Shown here in pieces: positions 13,195 through 26,000 of a stretch of DNA of 64,000 nt. The DNA lies in assembly GCF_036365525.1 (NCBI RefSeq), contig NC_090381.1, forward strand, positions 88,281,257 through 88,345,256. Direction: 5' to 3'. The notes beneath the pieces are model-generated. The model saw only the letters and a program-made list of their open reading frames with translations. It was not told the origin of the DNA and did not search any database. Positions within the stretch are counted from its first letter, which is position 1. The number at the start of each line of letters is the position of its first letter. The stretch comes from Heterodontus francisci. Taxonomy: Eukaryota. Made by a program: the position numbers and the translations under genes.

Positions 13195-16100
13195 AAACAA
13201 AAGCAAAATACTGCAGATGCTGGAAATCTGAGATAAAAACAAAAAGTGCTGGAAAATGCTCAGCAGGTCTGGCAACAGCTGTGGAGAGAGAAGCAAAGTT
13301 AATGTTTCAGGTCAGTGACCTTTCACCAGAACTGGCCAAGGTTAGAAATGTAATAGGTTTTACGCAAATAAAGTGGGGGTGGAGCAAAAGGGAACAAAAG
13401 GGAAGGTGTTGATAGCACATAGGGTCACAGAGAATAAATGACAAGGAAGTCATGGGCAAAGGCAAAGAGTGTGTTAATAGTGTGGTAAAAGACAAAGCGT
13501 TAGTGCAAAGAGGGTGTTAAATGACAGAATAATGAAAGCCATGGCCAAAAGAACAAACATGAAAAAAAGTGGGCAGGCACATGGTAAAAAAAAAGGAATG
13601 ATGAAACAAAAATAATGTCCTGTGTAATGAGACAGGAATAATTAATGACCTCATAGTTAGAGATCCTCTTGGAAGGAGTGATCACAGTATGGTTGAATTT
13701 AGAATACAGATGGAGAGTGTGAAGATAAAATCTAATACCAGGGTCCTGCGCTTGAACAAGGGGGACTACAATAGAATGAGGGAGGACTTGGCTAAAGTAG
13801 ACTGGAAACAAAGATTTTATGGTGGGACAGTTGACGAGCAGTGGAGGACTTTCAAAGCAATTTTTCAAAGTGCTCAGCAAAAGTATATTCCAGTGAAAAG
13901 GAAGGACTGGAAGAAAAGGGGTAATCTGCCATGGGTGTCTAAGGAAATAAGGGAGACTATCAAATTGAAAGAGAAGGCATACAAAGTGGCCAAAAGCAGC
14001 ATGAAACTAGAAGCTTGGGAAAACTTTAAAGGTCAACAGAAAGCCACAAAAAGAGCTATAAAGAAAAGTAAGATAGAACATGAGAAAAAACTAGCACAGA
14101 ATATAAAGACAGAAAGCAAAAGTTTCTATAAATATATAAAATGAAAAAGAGTGGCTAAAGTAAACGTTGGTCTTTTAGAGGATGAGAAGGGGAATTTAGT
14201 TATGGGATATGATGAAATGGCCGAGGCATTGAACAGGTATTTTGTATCGGTCTTCACAGTGGAGGACATTAATAACATGCCAGTAATTGACAAAGAGACA
14301 AACGTAGGTGAGGACCTGGAAACAATCATTATTACGGAAGAGGTAGTGTTGGGCAAGCTAAAGGAGCTAAGGATTGATAAGTCTCCTGGCCCTGATGGAA
14401 TGCATCCCTGGGTACTAAAAGAGATGGCGAGCGAAATAGCAGGTGCACTGGCGGTAATTTTCCAAAATTCGCTGGACTCTGGGGTAGTCCCAGCTGATTG
14501 GAAAACAGCAGATGTGACACCAATGTTTAAAAAGGGAGGTAGACAAAAGATGGGGAATTATAGCTTAACCTCTGTAGTGGGGAAGATGCTTGAGTCTATT
14601 ATCAAGGAAGAAATAGCAGGGTATCTCGATAGAAATTGTCCCGTTGGGCAGACGCAGCATGGGTTCATGAAGGGCAGGTCATGCTTGACAAATCTTTTGG
14701 AATTCTATGATGACATTACGAGCAAGGTGGACAATGGGGACCCAGTGGATGTGGTGTACCTAGATTTCCAAAAGGCCTTCGACAAGGTGCCGCACAAGAG
14801 GCTGCTGCATAAGATAAGGATGCATGGCGTTAGGGATAAAGTATTAGCATGGATAGAGGATTGGTTGACTAACAGGAAGCAGAGAGTGGGGATAAATGAG
14901 TGCTATTCTGGTTGGCAATCAGTCACTAGTGGTGTGCCTCAGGGATCGTGTTGAGACCGCAATTATTTACAATTTATATAGATGATTTGGAGTTGGGAAC
15001 CACATGTAGGGTGTCAAAGTTTGCAGATGACACTAAGATGAGTGGCAGAGCAAAGTGTGCAGATGACTGTGAAACTTTGCAGAGGAACATAGATACGTTG
15101 AGTGAGTGGGCAAAGGTCTGGCAGATGGAATACAATGTTAATAAATGTGAAGTCATTCATTTCGGTAGGAGTAACAGTAAAAAGGATTATTACTTGAATG
15201 GTAAAAAGTTGCAGCATGCTGCTATGCAGAGGGACCTGGGTGTCCTTGTGCATGAATCGCAGAGTGGTCTGCAGGTATAGCAAGTAATTAGGAAGGCAAA
15301 TGGAATGTTGTCCTTCATTGCTAAAGGGATTGAGTTTAAAAGCAGAGAGGTTATGTTGCAGCTGTATAAGGTACTGGTGAGGCCGCACCTGGAGTACTGT
15401 GTGCAGTTTTGGTCTCCTTACTTGAGAAAGGATATACTGGCACTGGAGAGGGTGCAGAGGAGGTTCACTAGGTTGATTCTGGAGTTGAGGGGGTTGGCTT
15501 ATGAGGAGAGACTGAGTAGATTGGGATTATATTCATTGGAGTTCAGAAGAATGAGGGGGGATCTTATAGAAACATATAAAATCATGAAGGGAATAGATAA
15601 GATGCAAGTAGAGAGGATGTTTCCACTGGCAGGTGAAGCTAGAACAAGATGGCATAGCCTCAAGATTAGAGGGAGCAGATTTAGGACTGAATTAAGAAGG
15701 AACTTCTTCACCCAGAGGGTTGTTAATCTATGGAATTCCTTGCCCAGTGAAGTAGTGGACGTTTCTTCAGTAAACTTTTTTAAAGCTAAGGTAGATATCT
15801 TTTTGAACAATAAAGGAATTCAGGGATACGGTGAGAGCGCGGGTAAGTGGATCTGAGTCCACGAAAAGATCAGCATTGATCATATTGAATGGCGGAGCAG
15901 GCTTGAGGGGCCGGACGGCCTACTCCTGCTCCTAGTTCTTATGATAAAATGAAGTAAAAATTTTTAAAAAGTGGAACTAAAAATAAATAAGTGGGGCCCC
16001 GTCATGCTCTTAAATTATTGAACTCAATGTTCACGCTGTAGCGTGCCTAATCAGTAAATGAGGTGCTGTTGCTCGAGCTTGCGTTGGTGTTCACTGGTAC

Positions 16101-16845
16101 ACTGCAGCAATCCCAGGACAGAGATGTGGGCATGAGAGCAGGAGGAGTGTGTTGAAATGGCCAGCAACCAGAAGCTCGGGGTCATGCTTTTGGACTGAGC
16201 AGAAGTGTTTTGCAAAGCGGTCACCCAATCTGCATTTGGTCTCCCCAGTGTAGAGGAGACTGCATTGTGAGCAGCGAATACAGTATAGTAAATTGAAAGA
16301 AGTACAAGTAAATCGCTGCTTCACCTGAAAGGAGTGTTTGGGGCCTTGGATAGTGAGGAGAGAGGAGGTAAAAGTGCAGGTATTACACCTCCTGTGATTG
16401 CATGGGAAAGTGCCGTGGGAAGGGGACGAGGTGTTGGGGGTAATGGAGGAGTACCAGGGTGTCGCAGAGGGAAGGATCCCTTCGGAATGCTGACAGGGGA
16501 AGGGAGGGGAAGATGCGTTTGGTAATGGCATCATGCTGGATGTGGCGGAAATGGCATTTAACACCCTCTCTGCACTAATGCTTTGTTTTTCACCACACTA
16601 TTAACACACTCTTTGCCTTTGCCCCATGACCTCCTTGTCAGTTATTTTCTGTGACCCTATGTTCTATCAACACCTTTTTTGTTCTCTTTTGCCCCACCCC
16701 CACTTTATTTGCTTCAAACCTATTACATTTCTAACCTTTGCCAGTTCTGATGAGAGGTCACTGACCTGAAACTTTAACTTTTGTTCTCGCTCCACAGATG
16801 CTGCCAGACCTGCTGAGCATTTTCCAGCACTTTTTGTTTTTATTG
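13195..16845 (-). mobile_element. Penelope-like element (GIY-YIG 3' part with inverted pLTR), split by a CR1 insertion
   Basis: ORF 16091-16564(-) contains C-x4-C-x2-C and LLYCIRCSQCSLLYTGETK.RL.DRF..H, the PLE GIY-YIG domain. 13235-13523 and 16555-16843 are inverted copies of each other. Confidence 0.88.
13615..15943 (+). mobile_element. CR1 LINE ORF2 (5'-truncated) nested in the Penelope element
   Basis: ORFs 13689-15856 contain SDH, KSPGPDGMHP, YLDFQKAFDKVPH, FADDTK and RPHLEYC, with frameshifts. Tail ttcttatg. Confidence 0.95.
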
Positions 16846-16906
16846 TCGATGTTAACCTTTGACCATGAATGTTCTTGAGCTGAATTCAGATGTTTGCTTT
16901 CTCTAG

Positions 16907-16966
16907 ATCTGTTTTGTAAATCTTAATGGAGTGGATGCAAAGAGCAATAATAAAGAATTCCAACAG
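16907..16966 (+). CDS. SPHKAP: SPHKAP internal exon (~human exon 4): ICFVNLNGVDAKSNNKEFQQ
   Basis: ttctctag|ATC...CAG|gtaaga, 60 nt, phase 0/0. Matches recalled human VCFVNLD...LQQ. Confidence 0.88.
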
Positions 16967-18343
16967 GTAAGAAAACTCAGGTAAAATTATTCCTGTAGAA
17001 ACCTAGGCACAGAAATTACACTGTGGGATACTAGTCTATGGATGTGCAACATTTTTGGCTGTATTTCCCCTCTGCTGTTTTAGAAGGGACATTAGCCTCT
17101 TTATGTTAAACAGGTAAACAGCCTCATTAAAATAGTGGGGGGAGGAATTCCAGATGACCATTTGTATAACTGAATAATTTCAGGGCCTAAGGGAGAGACA
17201 GGACTAAGATCTGAATTTGGTGAAGTTTACTTCTGACTATTTTTTGTCAATTTACTGTTGACTACATCTTGACTCTGTGAAAATGATTCATGAAATAAAT
17301 CAATTTCATTCACTACATCCTGCATAGTTCTGAAAATTGCTGTGAAACAGAAATCTCCATGCCAATGTCATTTTGAATATAGCTGTGTTTCAGTGAAAGA
17401 GTTAAATATTACCATTGCAGGAAGGATTCCAAAGTCTCAGCCTGATGCTGAATGATGACTGTAGAAAATACACCCTCTCTCTGCTAGCTCATCAGACAAT
17501 GTTTAACAGGAGATTGCAAGGAACCTCTATATAATATCAATTAACAACAATTTCACAGATCATTGCACTACATTAGTAGATCCATTTAACTATTGATTTG
17601 TGGATGTAGAAAACAGCAACAGAAATGCAATGAGATCTGAGCAATTCTAAGATCATCACCAACCAAATCTCCAATAAATGAACACATAATGAATTTGGAA
17701 ATAGTAAATGCAAAAAGATGTATGTCTCATTTTTACCACACTTTGACTTGTTGCATTTTGAGTGCCCCTTGGATATCCTCTTGTACATATTAGGCGCAGG
17801 GAAGGTCAGGTAAGGTGACCTACTGAATCCCTGTAACATTTTTCTTTAGCCAAGAGTAAGGGGTGGAGGGGGAGCTGCATGAACTAGTCACTATACCTAC
17901 AAATGCTCAATATTGACACTGGGATAAATAGTAGAAAACAATTCCCAGCACTGACTTCTTTTACCTTGAGCAAAATATGCAATGTAGCTGATTGCAAATG
18001 CCACAAATGTGACACAGAGTTATGCCGGCTTGGAGGGTCTTAGATTCATCACTGGTTTGTGTTAAGTTAGCCAGTCTTGGCTGCGGTAGTAATTAAGTCT
18101 GGCAATTAGCCTCAGTATCCCTGAGTCTTAGGGAGAAAATAAATCAGTCATGGTTCTGACTCTTGTTTTTGACAACAATAGATAGTAATTATATAATTCC
18201 TTTTAATGTAGCAAAATGTCCCAAGGTATATCATAAAGGGGTAGAGACACTTACTGAGGCCAAAAAGTATGGTTGAATACATAGGTGATGCATTAACAAA
18301 TATTATGAGCCTCTTTTGTTTGTTTGTGTTTTTCTTTATCTAG

Positions 18344-18481
18344 AAATTAGTTACTGTGTCCCCTGATCTCCCATACCTCATCAATTCTTTAAATGTTTGC
18401 CAAATGAAAGATAATGAACTCATCCTCGTGAGTGGATTAATTTCTCCAGGAAGCTGTCACAACAATTCTGATGATTCCCAG
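18344..18481 (+). CDS. SPHKAP: SPHKAP exon (~exon 5): KLVTVSPDLPYLINSLNV...NELILVSGL...SQ
   Basis: Polypyrimidine tract + tag|AAA...CAG|gtacga, 138 nt, phase 0/0. Matches recalled KLVNVSPDLPKLISSMNV...NEIVVLSGL. Confidence 0.92.
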
Positions 18482-19184
18482 GTACGAAACTTGTGATTTT
18501 CATTTCCATTGGAAAAAACACCTCAAAGGTTGACCTGGTTGTATCTATGATGTGATTATGTCAATACCTGATGTCTGAACTTTCCACAGACTGAAAAACT
18601 ACAGCTACTTTTCGCTGAATGCGAACCAAGTATTTGGAAAGTTTTTCTCAAAATAAATAGTTGGGGCTAGGAGGAAGAAGAAATGGAGATTGTAAGCATG
18701 AGAGGTCAAAATCATTCATGACTACTGAGCATAAATTTGTCCTAAGACAATTTAACAATTCTCATTTACCAGTCTGATTTGAAGATGCACTCAGGTGATA
18801 TTGGTCCTGAGGTTTCACCTGTTAGCATTCATGCCAACAGCACATTTTCACCAACATTCCTTCAAATAAATTGCACTATTGCAATAGATTGTGCTACTTT
18901 GCTAAGTACAGTAAATAAACAACTGCACAGTGAACCTGTTGGAGAATGTTTGTCACAGTATTGTCTCATGAAATTCCTTTCCACTGAGAGTTTTCTGTTT
19001 TAATTAGATAAACTACATTCCATAATAATGGATCATTATGGTTTTAATTAGTTGGCCTACATTTTTAATTTGGATAGTGTATCATTGGAATCTGCTGTAA
19101 ATGCTCCTTGTTGTACTGGTTGCAAAATATTCAGCAGTTAAATTAATGAAATCAAATTTTAAAATGAGCAAATAACGACCATTT

Positions 19185-19312
19185 AGTTTAAAAGAGTGGC
19201 GGCAGAGAGAGAGAGAGCGGGACCAGGAGCAGTTTAAACAACGGCAGCAAGAAGCAGAGAGAGAGAGAGAAAGCAGGACCAGGAGCAGTTTAAAAGAGTG
19301 GCGGAGGGAAGC

Positions 19313-19343
<31 letters not shown>

Positions 19344-19810
19344 GCAAGCAGGACCAGTGAACAGTTTAAAAGAGTGACGGAGGGAAGCAGAGAGAGAGCG
19401 AGCGGGACCAGCGAGTAGATTAAAAGAGCGGCAGCGGGAAGCAGAGAGAGAAAGAGAGAGAGAGAGCAAGTGGGACCAGCAGGCATTTCACAAGAGCGGC
19501 AGCGGGAAGGAGAGAGCGAGAGTGGGCCAGCGAACAGCTTAAAAGAGTGCCGGCGGGAAGCCAAGAGAGTGCGAGCAGGAGCAGCGAGCACATCAAAAGA
19601 GTGGCGGCGGGAAGAAGGGAGAGAGAGAACGGGACCAGCAAGCAGTTTAAAAGAGTGGTGGAAGGAAGGAGAAAGAGAGAGAGTGTGAGCAGGACCAGCA
19701 GGCACTTCAATAGAGCAGCAGCAGGAAGCAGAGTGAGAGCGAGTGACGGTGGGCAACAGAGAGAGAGAGAGGGGACCAGCGAGCAGTTTAAAGAGCGGCA
19801 GTGGAAAGAG
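19185..19810 (+). repeat. GA-rich tandem repeat (~45-60 bp units), probably the 5' UTR of the downstream CR1-type element
   Basis: Recurrent gggaccagcgagcagtttaaaagagtggcggcgggaagc(ag)n, roughly 11-12 units. Confidence 0.8.
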
Positions 19811-20064
19811 CTATCCAGTCCAGTCTAGGCCATCAGAGCAGACCGACCTCATTCTGAGAGAGAGAAAAAAAAAAATCAAATTGTGACGTCACCGGAAAAC
19901 AGGTAGTTGATTGGTTGGTGAGTTTACTATCGTTTATCTTTCAAAACTCGGTTAGTTTTAGTAATTGTAAGGTTTTATGAATGAATACTAGTAAAGCTTA
20001 GTAGATTGGCTGGTGAATATTTCCACTAATTAAGTAAATAATTAATTAGTTATTTAAAAACAAT

Positions 20065-20780
20065 CAGAATGCAGGGCAGATGATGTGTTGCAGCTGCAGT
20101 ATGTGGGAGCTGGTGGACATCAGTGTGATCCACGGCAAACATGTCTGCAGTAAGTGTCTACGTCTCGAGGAACTTTGGCTCAGAGTTGTTGAGCTAGAGG
20201 CCGAGCTACACACTCTGCGATGCATCAAGGAGGGGAAAGTTACCTGGACACTTTGTTCCAGAAGGCAGTCACACCCCATAGGATAGGGTCTTCTGATTTG
20301 GCCGGTGGTCAGGAATAGGAGGGTGTGACTGCGAGTGAGGTAGGTAAGGGAATCGAGAAGGCAGAAGTGGAGGAGGCTTAGCCGTTGCAATTGTGCAACA
20401 GATTTAAGGTTCTTCCAGCTTGTATGGATGAGAGCGAGGGCTGCAGGGTGGTTGGGCAAACTGACCATGGTACCATGGTACAGGAAGCCATTCAAGTGGG
20501 GGGAGTAAATTGGAATGTAGTGGTAGTAGGGCACACTATAGTCAGATACCGTTCTCTGCAGCAAAGAGCGAGAGTCCAGAAGGCTGTGTTTGTCTGCTCG
20601 CTGCTCGTGTTCAGGACATCTGCTCGGGGCTGGAGAGAACTTGCAGTGGGAGGGGGAGGATCCCGTTGTCGTGGTCCATGTGGGTACCAATGACATAGAT
20701 AAAACTGGGAAAGAGGTTCTGCATAGGGAGTATGAGCAGCTAGGGGCTAAATTATAAAGCAGAACCTCAAAGGTTAGCAT
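20065..20780 (+). mobile_element. CR1-type LINE ORF1 remnant (zinc finger/leucine zipper + SGNH esterase)
   Basis: CCSCSMWE...HVCSKC followed by LEELWLRVVELEAEL. VVVVGHTIVR resembles GDSIVR. VVVHVGTNDI lies at ~20665-20697. Frameshifted, with no ORF2 following. Confidence 0.85.
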
Positions 20781-21482
20781 ATCTTGATCACACACCAGGT
20801 GGGAGGGGAAGTGATATTGCTCAGCTGCAGGTGATCCCACCAGTTGTTATTTCTTCCAATCAGCTCCCTTAATGTAGGGGATGAGCAGCAGTTTTAATTA
20901 GAGTTCCAGGCTTGGATCCTGATGTGTATTCCACATGCCTATATGCCGAGTTCACCTTCATGCCAGAGCGCTCAGTGTTAGCGAGGCATGGGCCTACTAA
21001 AATCCCTGTATAGGAATTTCCTCCTGCCTGCCCCACTTCCTCTGATGTCAGAGGGCATGTTTGCAACACACAGATGTTCCACGTCAGCCAAACACCTTGC
21101 AAATTCACAGCCTGTGCTGGGATCCAGCATACCTGTTTCCTCGCCAGCTTCCCTGCAGCATTGCTGTGCTTTTAGTTGACTTGTGCTCGGGCAGTGCCAC
21201 CAGCCCCATGAAAATTTATGGACCATGTGTTTTAATCCAGCAAATGCACAAAAATGCCTCTAGACTATGCCAGTAAACCCACCAAACAATCCTAGTAAAA
21301 TAATGCCGGTTTTAACTTTCCATATCTTAAAGTGACTGTTTGTATTTACAAAAGGACAATTCCTTAAAAATCATGCAAAGCCAACTAACTTTTAATTTGT
21401 AAAAATCTGTTTTTAGGGTCTTAATCTGAAAGATGAATCCACCAATCAATTGGAAGATGAATGTCTCCTTCCTCCTCCACAG

Positions 21483-21744
21483 TGGACCAGACCGCCAGAT
21501 GTCTGTTTAGTTCAATCAGCCAGAAGGTGCAGGAAGGATGACATGGCCTGTGTCATTTATGAAATAAACAAATGCATGATTGGCTTGAACTATGTTAAAG
21601 GAAAGAGAATACACCTTCACAACACCACCAATTGCAAGGCAGGGGATGACACCAACTGCTCTGTATCATCCATTGAGGAGGACTTTATCACTGCCTCTGA
21701 GCACTTCAATGATGAGGAAGATGAAGCCAGCAGTGTCTTAAATG
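21483..21744 (+). CDS. SPHKAP: SPHKAP exon (~exon 6): WTRPPDVCLVQ...IYEINK...DDTNCSVSSIEEDFITASEH
   Basis: cctcctccacag|TGG...AATG|gtaagg, phase 0/1. A second in-frame acceptor exists at 21417. Confidence 0.9.
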
Positions 21745-23005
21745 GTAAGGTCTTACTTTAAGTCAATATTTCTCGTAAGCATACATGTTAACTCTGAGTT
21801 TGCTGCCCACCTGAACTTGATCCTAGAAGTACAAGCAGAACTGTAGAAGGTAAAACAGAATTGGCATATGTACAAAGAACACAATACAATCTTTTTATTG
21901 TGTACTCTTAGTGTAAAGTTTTTGATATGATGAAGAATTCCTGTACTCTTTTACAAATCTTGTTTCACAAGCCTGAAATTCTTGTCGATGGTTGGGGAAG
22001 TTCGATTCTGTCTTTCTCTCAAAAATACCACGTAACCACAGGTTGATAACCTTAGGACTTGGACTGATTTCAGGGTGTTCTTCATGCAAAGAGAGGTTGG
22101 TTAACATTTGGAATGGACTTCTGGCTAGATAGTAGAGACAAGTGTGGTGCAGAGTGCAGGCCAAAGTTTTAACTTGTCACAATGCCCCATTAAAATTTAG
22201 GTTTTGGTAGATTCTTGATCATTATATTGGAAGTAATGAGCTACAATGCAACACCGACTGATAACAGAAACACGCACCAAGTATTTTCTTGTAGCTGCTC
22301 CCATTCTGCTGCTGTAACTTCACCAGAAGTTCAGTAGAAACCCCTTTTACATGCAAAAACATTTCTGCTGTGCTTCCTGTGAAATTATGATGATGGAGTG
22401 GGAGCAGCCGTGAGAAAATACCCCCGTCATAGTTGATCACCTAAAATTACCTAAATCACTACAAAATGGCAACATGTTGGAATTGCAATGACAGTGATTT
22501 TGGTTTTTCTGATCGCCCACCTTTTGGTGGGAAAGGAGCAGTAGCAAGACCAAAATCGCTTAATTTTTTTCCCACTGTCTTTCCAGCCATTGCCATTATG
22601 CACCAGCCCAGGAAAAAAAATGACCATCACACCTGCCAGAAGTGGAGAGAGCCATGAGTTGAGAGTCTATGACGTAGACAGAACCTGGCTGCCTTTTTCA
22701 TCTGTGAACATGTAGCACCTGCCCACTGAAGCCAATGGAATATGGCCAAACCAGCATTCCTTAAAAGGGATTGCTGGAGGGCACTCTGAAAATGACACTT
22801 AGTATTGGTAGTGGACTTTTGGGAGCTCGGATGAACAAGAAAGAGCAAATTGTACAACTACAAGCATCAGTTATTTGTTTGTGTATTAGATTAAATTGCC
22901 ATATTTGCAACAGATTTCTATTTATTTGCCTGTACCAAAATGCCTTTCAAGGAGCAATGATCCAAGAGATACTGTGCACTCAAATTTTAATTTGTTTTCT
23001 CTTAG

Positions 23006-26000
23006 ATCCTCTGAGGATTATTGGCTCAGACCCAGCAAGAGACAGTAAAAAGCGAAAAGGAAAGACTCGGGGTCTCTTGCAGATGCAACAAAACAAAGAA
23101 AATTCTTTTCTTCAAAGGACATACAGTCCCAAGGATACTTCAGTGTCCAGTCACACGGGTGAAGAGAGCTGTGGAAACATAGTGCAGACACTTTGCCATG
23201 AAAGCAACTATGTTACCGAAGAAAGAGACACAGAAAGGCAAAACCTAGAAGAAAACTCTGAACAAGAAACACTAGTCGTAAAATCATTTCAAAGCACTCT
23301 TTCAACGAAACATGGTGTGGAGGAAGACCACAACTCTTGCATAATTGAATGTGTTGGTAAACACCTTCAGAGCAATTCTCTAACAGAGTTCATAGATATG
23401 CAGGACACTGAAGATAAACATAGTGTTTCTTCATCTCTGGAGGACAATCAGAACGTGGAGGGTGACTACGCTTCAAACTTAGCTGAATCTGTTTTGCAGG
23501 ATGCCTTCATTAGACTGTCCCAGTCAGAACCTACTTTTACTACAGAAGCTGCAGTTAGCATCTCTGCAGAAAGCCATGGTGCCCTTTCAGCCAGTAATAT
23601 GAAAGCAGATACAACAAGCCCTTCTTGTCCCTGGAATGTTCTTCCCAAAATTGTTATTGTACAAAGTCCGGACAACTGTGAGAATGCTTCGGAATGGCAA
23701 GAACTCTCCAGCCCAACGACAGCCTTATGCCTGGACTCAGATCCTTTGAGTGAACCTCTAGCCTGTGTGCAGGACCATAGCAATTCTGAGTCAAGTGGAT
23801 TGCCTCCTAGTTCTGTGGAGGTAGCACTAGTCTGTGCAGCCAGTGTTGTAGGGACTATTTCAAGCCCTTACGTTGCTGAGAGTCTGCAGTTAGACCAAAC
23901 TTTACATGATGTTACAGATAATTTATCTTGCAATAGAAATGAAGAAGATGGAGAATTATTAAATGATTCTGAACATGATGAAATGAACTTCTCATTCTCT
24001 TCAGCTCTGTATGGTGTGACCCAGGTGGCCAGTGCCATAGGAGTTGCAGGGTTAAGTGATGAATCAGATGTCAGTTTTTCTGCGACTTCGAGTGGTCTTC
24101 TATCTGCAGCTGAAACCTCTGCTGCAATTACCCTGCAGTGCAGCGTGAGTGTCGGCAGCTGTGTAGAAAACTTTTCCTGTAACATTGCTGAAGTATTGCT
24201 CAAAGAAGCAACCACTGTTCTTACAAAACCTGACAATTACAAAAGCGTTGGTGAATTTATGGAATCCGTGGACAGAAAGTTAATTGAAACAGTGACGAGT
24301 CCAAAAATCTCTCAGTGGGATGAATTGACCAGCGATGATTTTGCCCAGAATGTGTCAAATTTAATTCTAAAGCATTCTTTCCAAGAAGCAAATGGAAAAG
24401 TGGGAATAGCACATCAGGAAAAAGAGAACCATTTGGATGTGAATCCAACCAGCATATTTATTGAAAGTGCAAATAAGTCTCTCTTCAGCATAATATACTC
24501 CACTTGTAGGAAAATTAAGGACATTGTAAGGCATAATGATATTTCCATGAACTTTCAAGAAGATGAAACATACAACTGGAAGGATTTGGAATACACTATC
24601 AAGCAGAAAGATGGAATTGCACAGAATCATAATAGCAATGACAGTTTTGAAGACTTTGGTCAGCCAGACAATGTTCTCTCTGTTCAAGAGAGCCTAATAG
24701 ACCCCTCAATCTCAAATAGAAACAGATTTGAGGGGCCAGATCTTTCACAGCAGGTTAACCTGAACTCAATGTGGTTTTGCAGTAGACGAGGTAGTGACTG
24801 TGCAAACAACACACACAATTTGACTGACCAACTGAGATCAAGGATTGCCAGTGCTGCTATTCCCAATTGTGTTACCCCACAACTTCAGCAGAAAACGTGT
24901 GACAAAACTGCAAGTTCATGTTTCTCCATTGACACTCTTGAGACAGGTATTGGGTATAGTGGTGTCATTCCAGCACAGACATGTGGTTATACTAGCACTC
25001 CTACGAAAACCAGAGAATTGCACAGAGCCAAATCTCAGCCAGAGAAAGAACAGAACTTCTTTACAATAAATGCACAAAATACCTTAAGTTCATCTAAATC
25101 TTCACTCTATGTCACGCAGTCAACAGATCCAAACCTTTCAATAAATGGGTTTGCTGACCAGATATCCAAAACAGTTGTTTCCATGGCAACCGAGATGGCA
25201 GCCATTTGTCTTGAAAATACAAGTGCTAAGCAGCCATGGTTCTGTCCATGGAAAAGAAGACTTGGAGACCCTGAAAAATTCATGGTTCCCCAGTCATCCT
25301 CATCCAGGATAGTCATGAGGAGTAAAGAATCCCAACCCGTCATTCCAATTGTCAAGAGACTTAAGCCACCCAGACTTAGTGAGATCAAAAGAAAAACACA
25401 AGAACAACCTGAGCTAAAGGAAAAGCTAATGAACAGAGTAGTTGATGAATCATTGAACTTCGATGAAGCCTTAGATCCAATAAACAACTTTGCCAATGAG
25501 GTGGCAGCAAAAATTGTAAACTCAGCTGAACTAGCCGTAGTAGACTCAGTGAAGCAAGGACAGGGGCTGGCCAGAAATAGGCTGCTGTGTGAGAGGTGGA
25601 GCAGGGGAAAGGCATCCAGTTATGAAAGCATTCCAGAAGAGGACACAGATTCCAGCAGTTCATGGGCTGCCCTAGGTGCCATGGCTAAACTTGGACAGCC
25701 AATAAGCAGGGCCAGTTCCATCTCCAAACAATCAAGCTGTGAGAGTATCACTGATGAATTTTCTAACTTTATGGTGAATCAAATGGAAAATGAAGGGTGG
25801 GGATTCGATTTGCTGCTGGATTACTATGCCGGCAAGCATGCCAGCAATATTTTAAATGCAGCACTCCAGCAGGTGTGCAGAAAGAATGGGCACCTTAGTG
25901 TAAATACATCCTGTCTTTCAAAACAATCCAGTACAGAGAGCATAACGGAGGAGTTCTACAGATATATGCTCCAGGAGCTGGATAAAGAAAGCAAAGAAAA

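Noticed and set aside
1-16900. SPHKAP exons 1-3
   Set aside because: No match to the recalled LESTDYWLQNQR-type exon was found by eye. They are probably upstream of the window, though a diverged exon could have been missed.
19082-19828. 224-aa and overlapping ORFs
   Set aside because: Artefacts of the GA-rich tandem repeat.
22771-23005. N-terminal 78 aa of the 1343-aa ORF as a start or single-exon gene
   Set aside because: This is intronic read-through. A proper acceptor at 23005/23006 matches the phase of the preceding exon, and the ORF ends at a splice donor.
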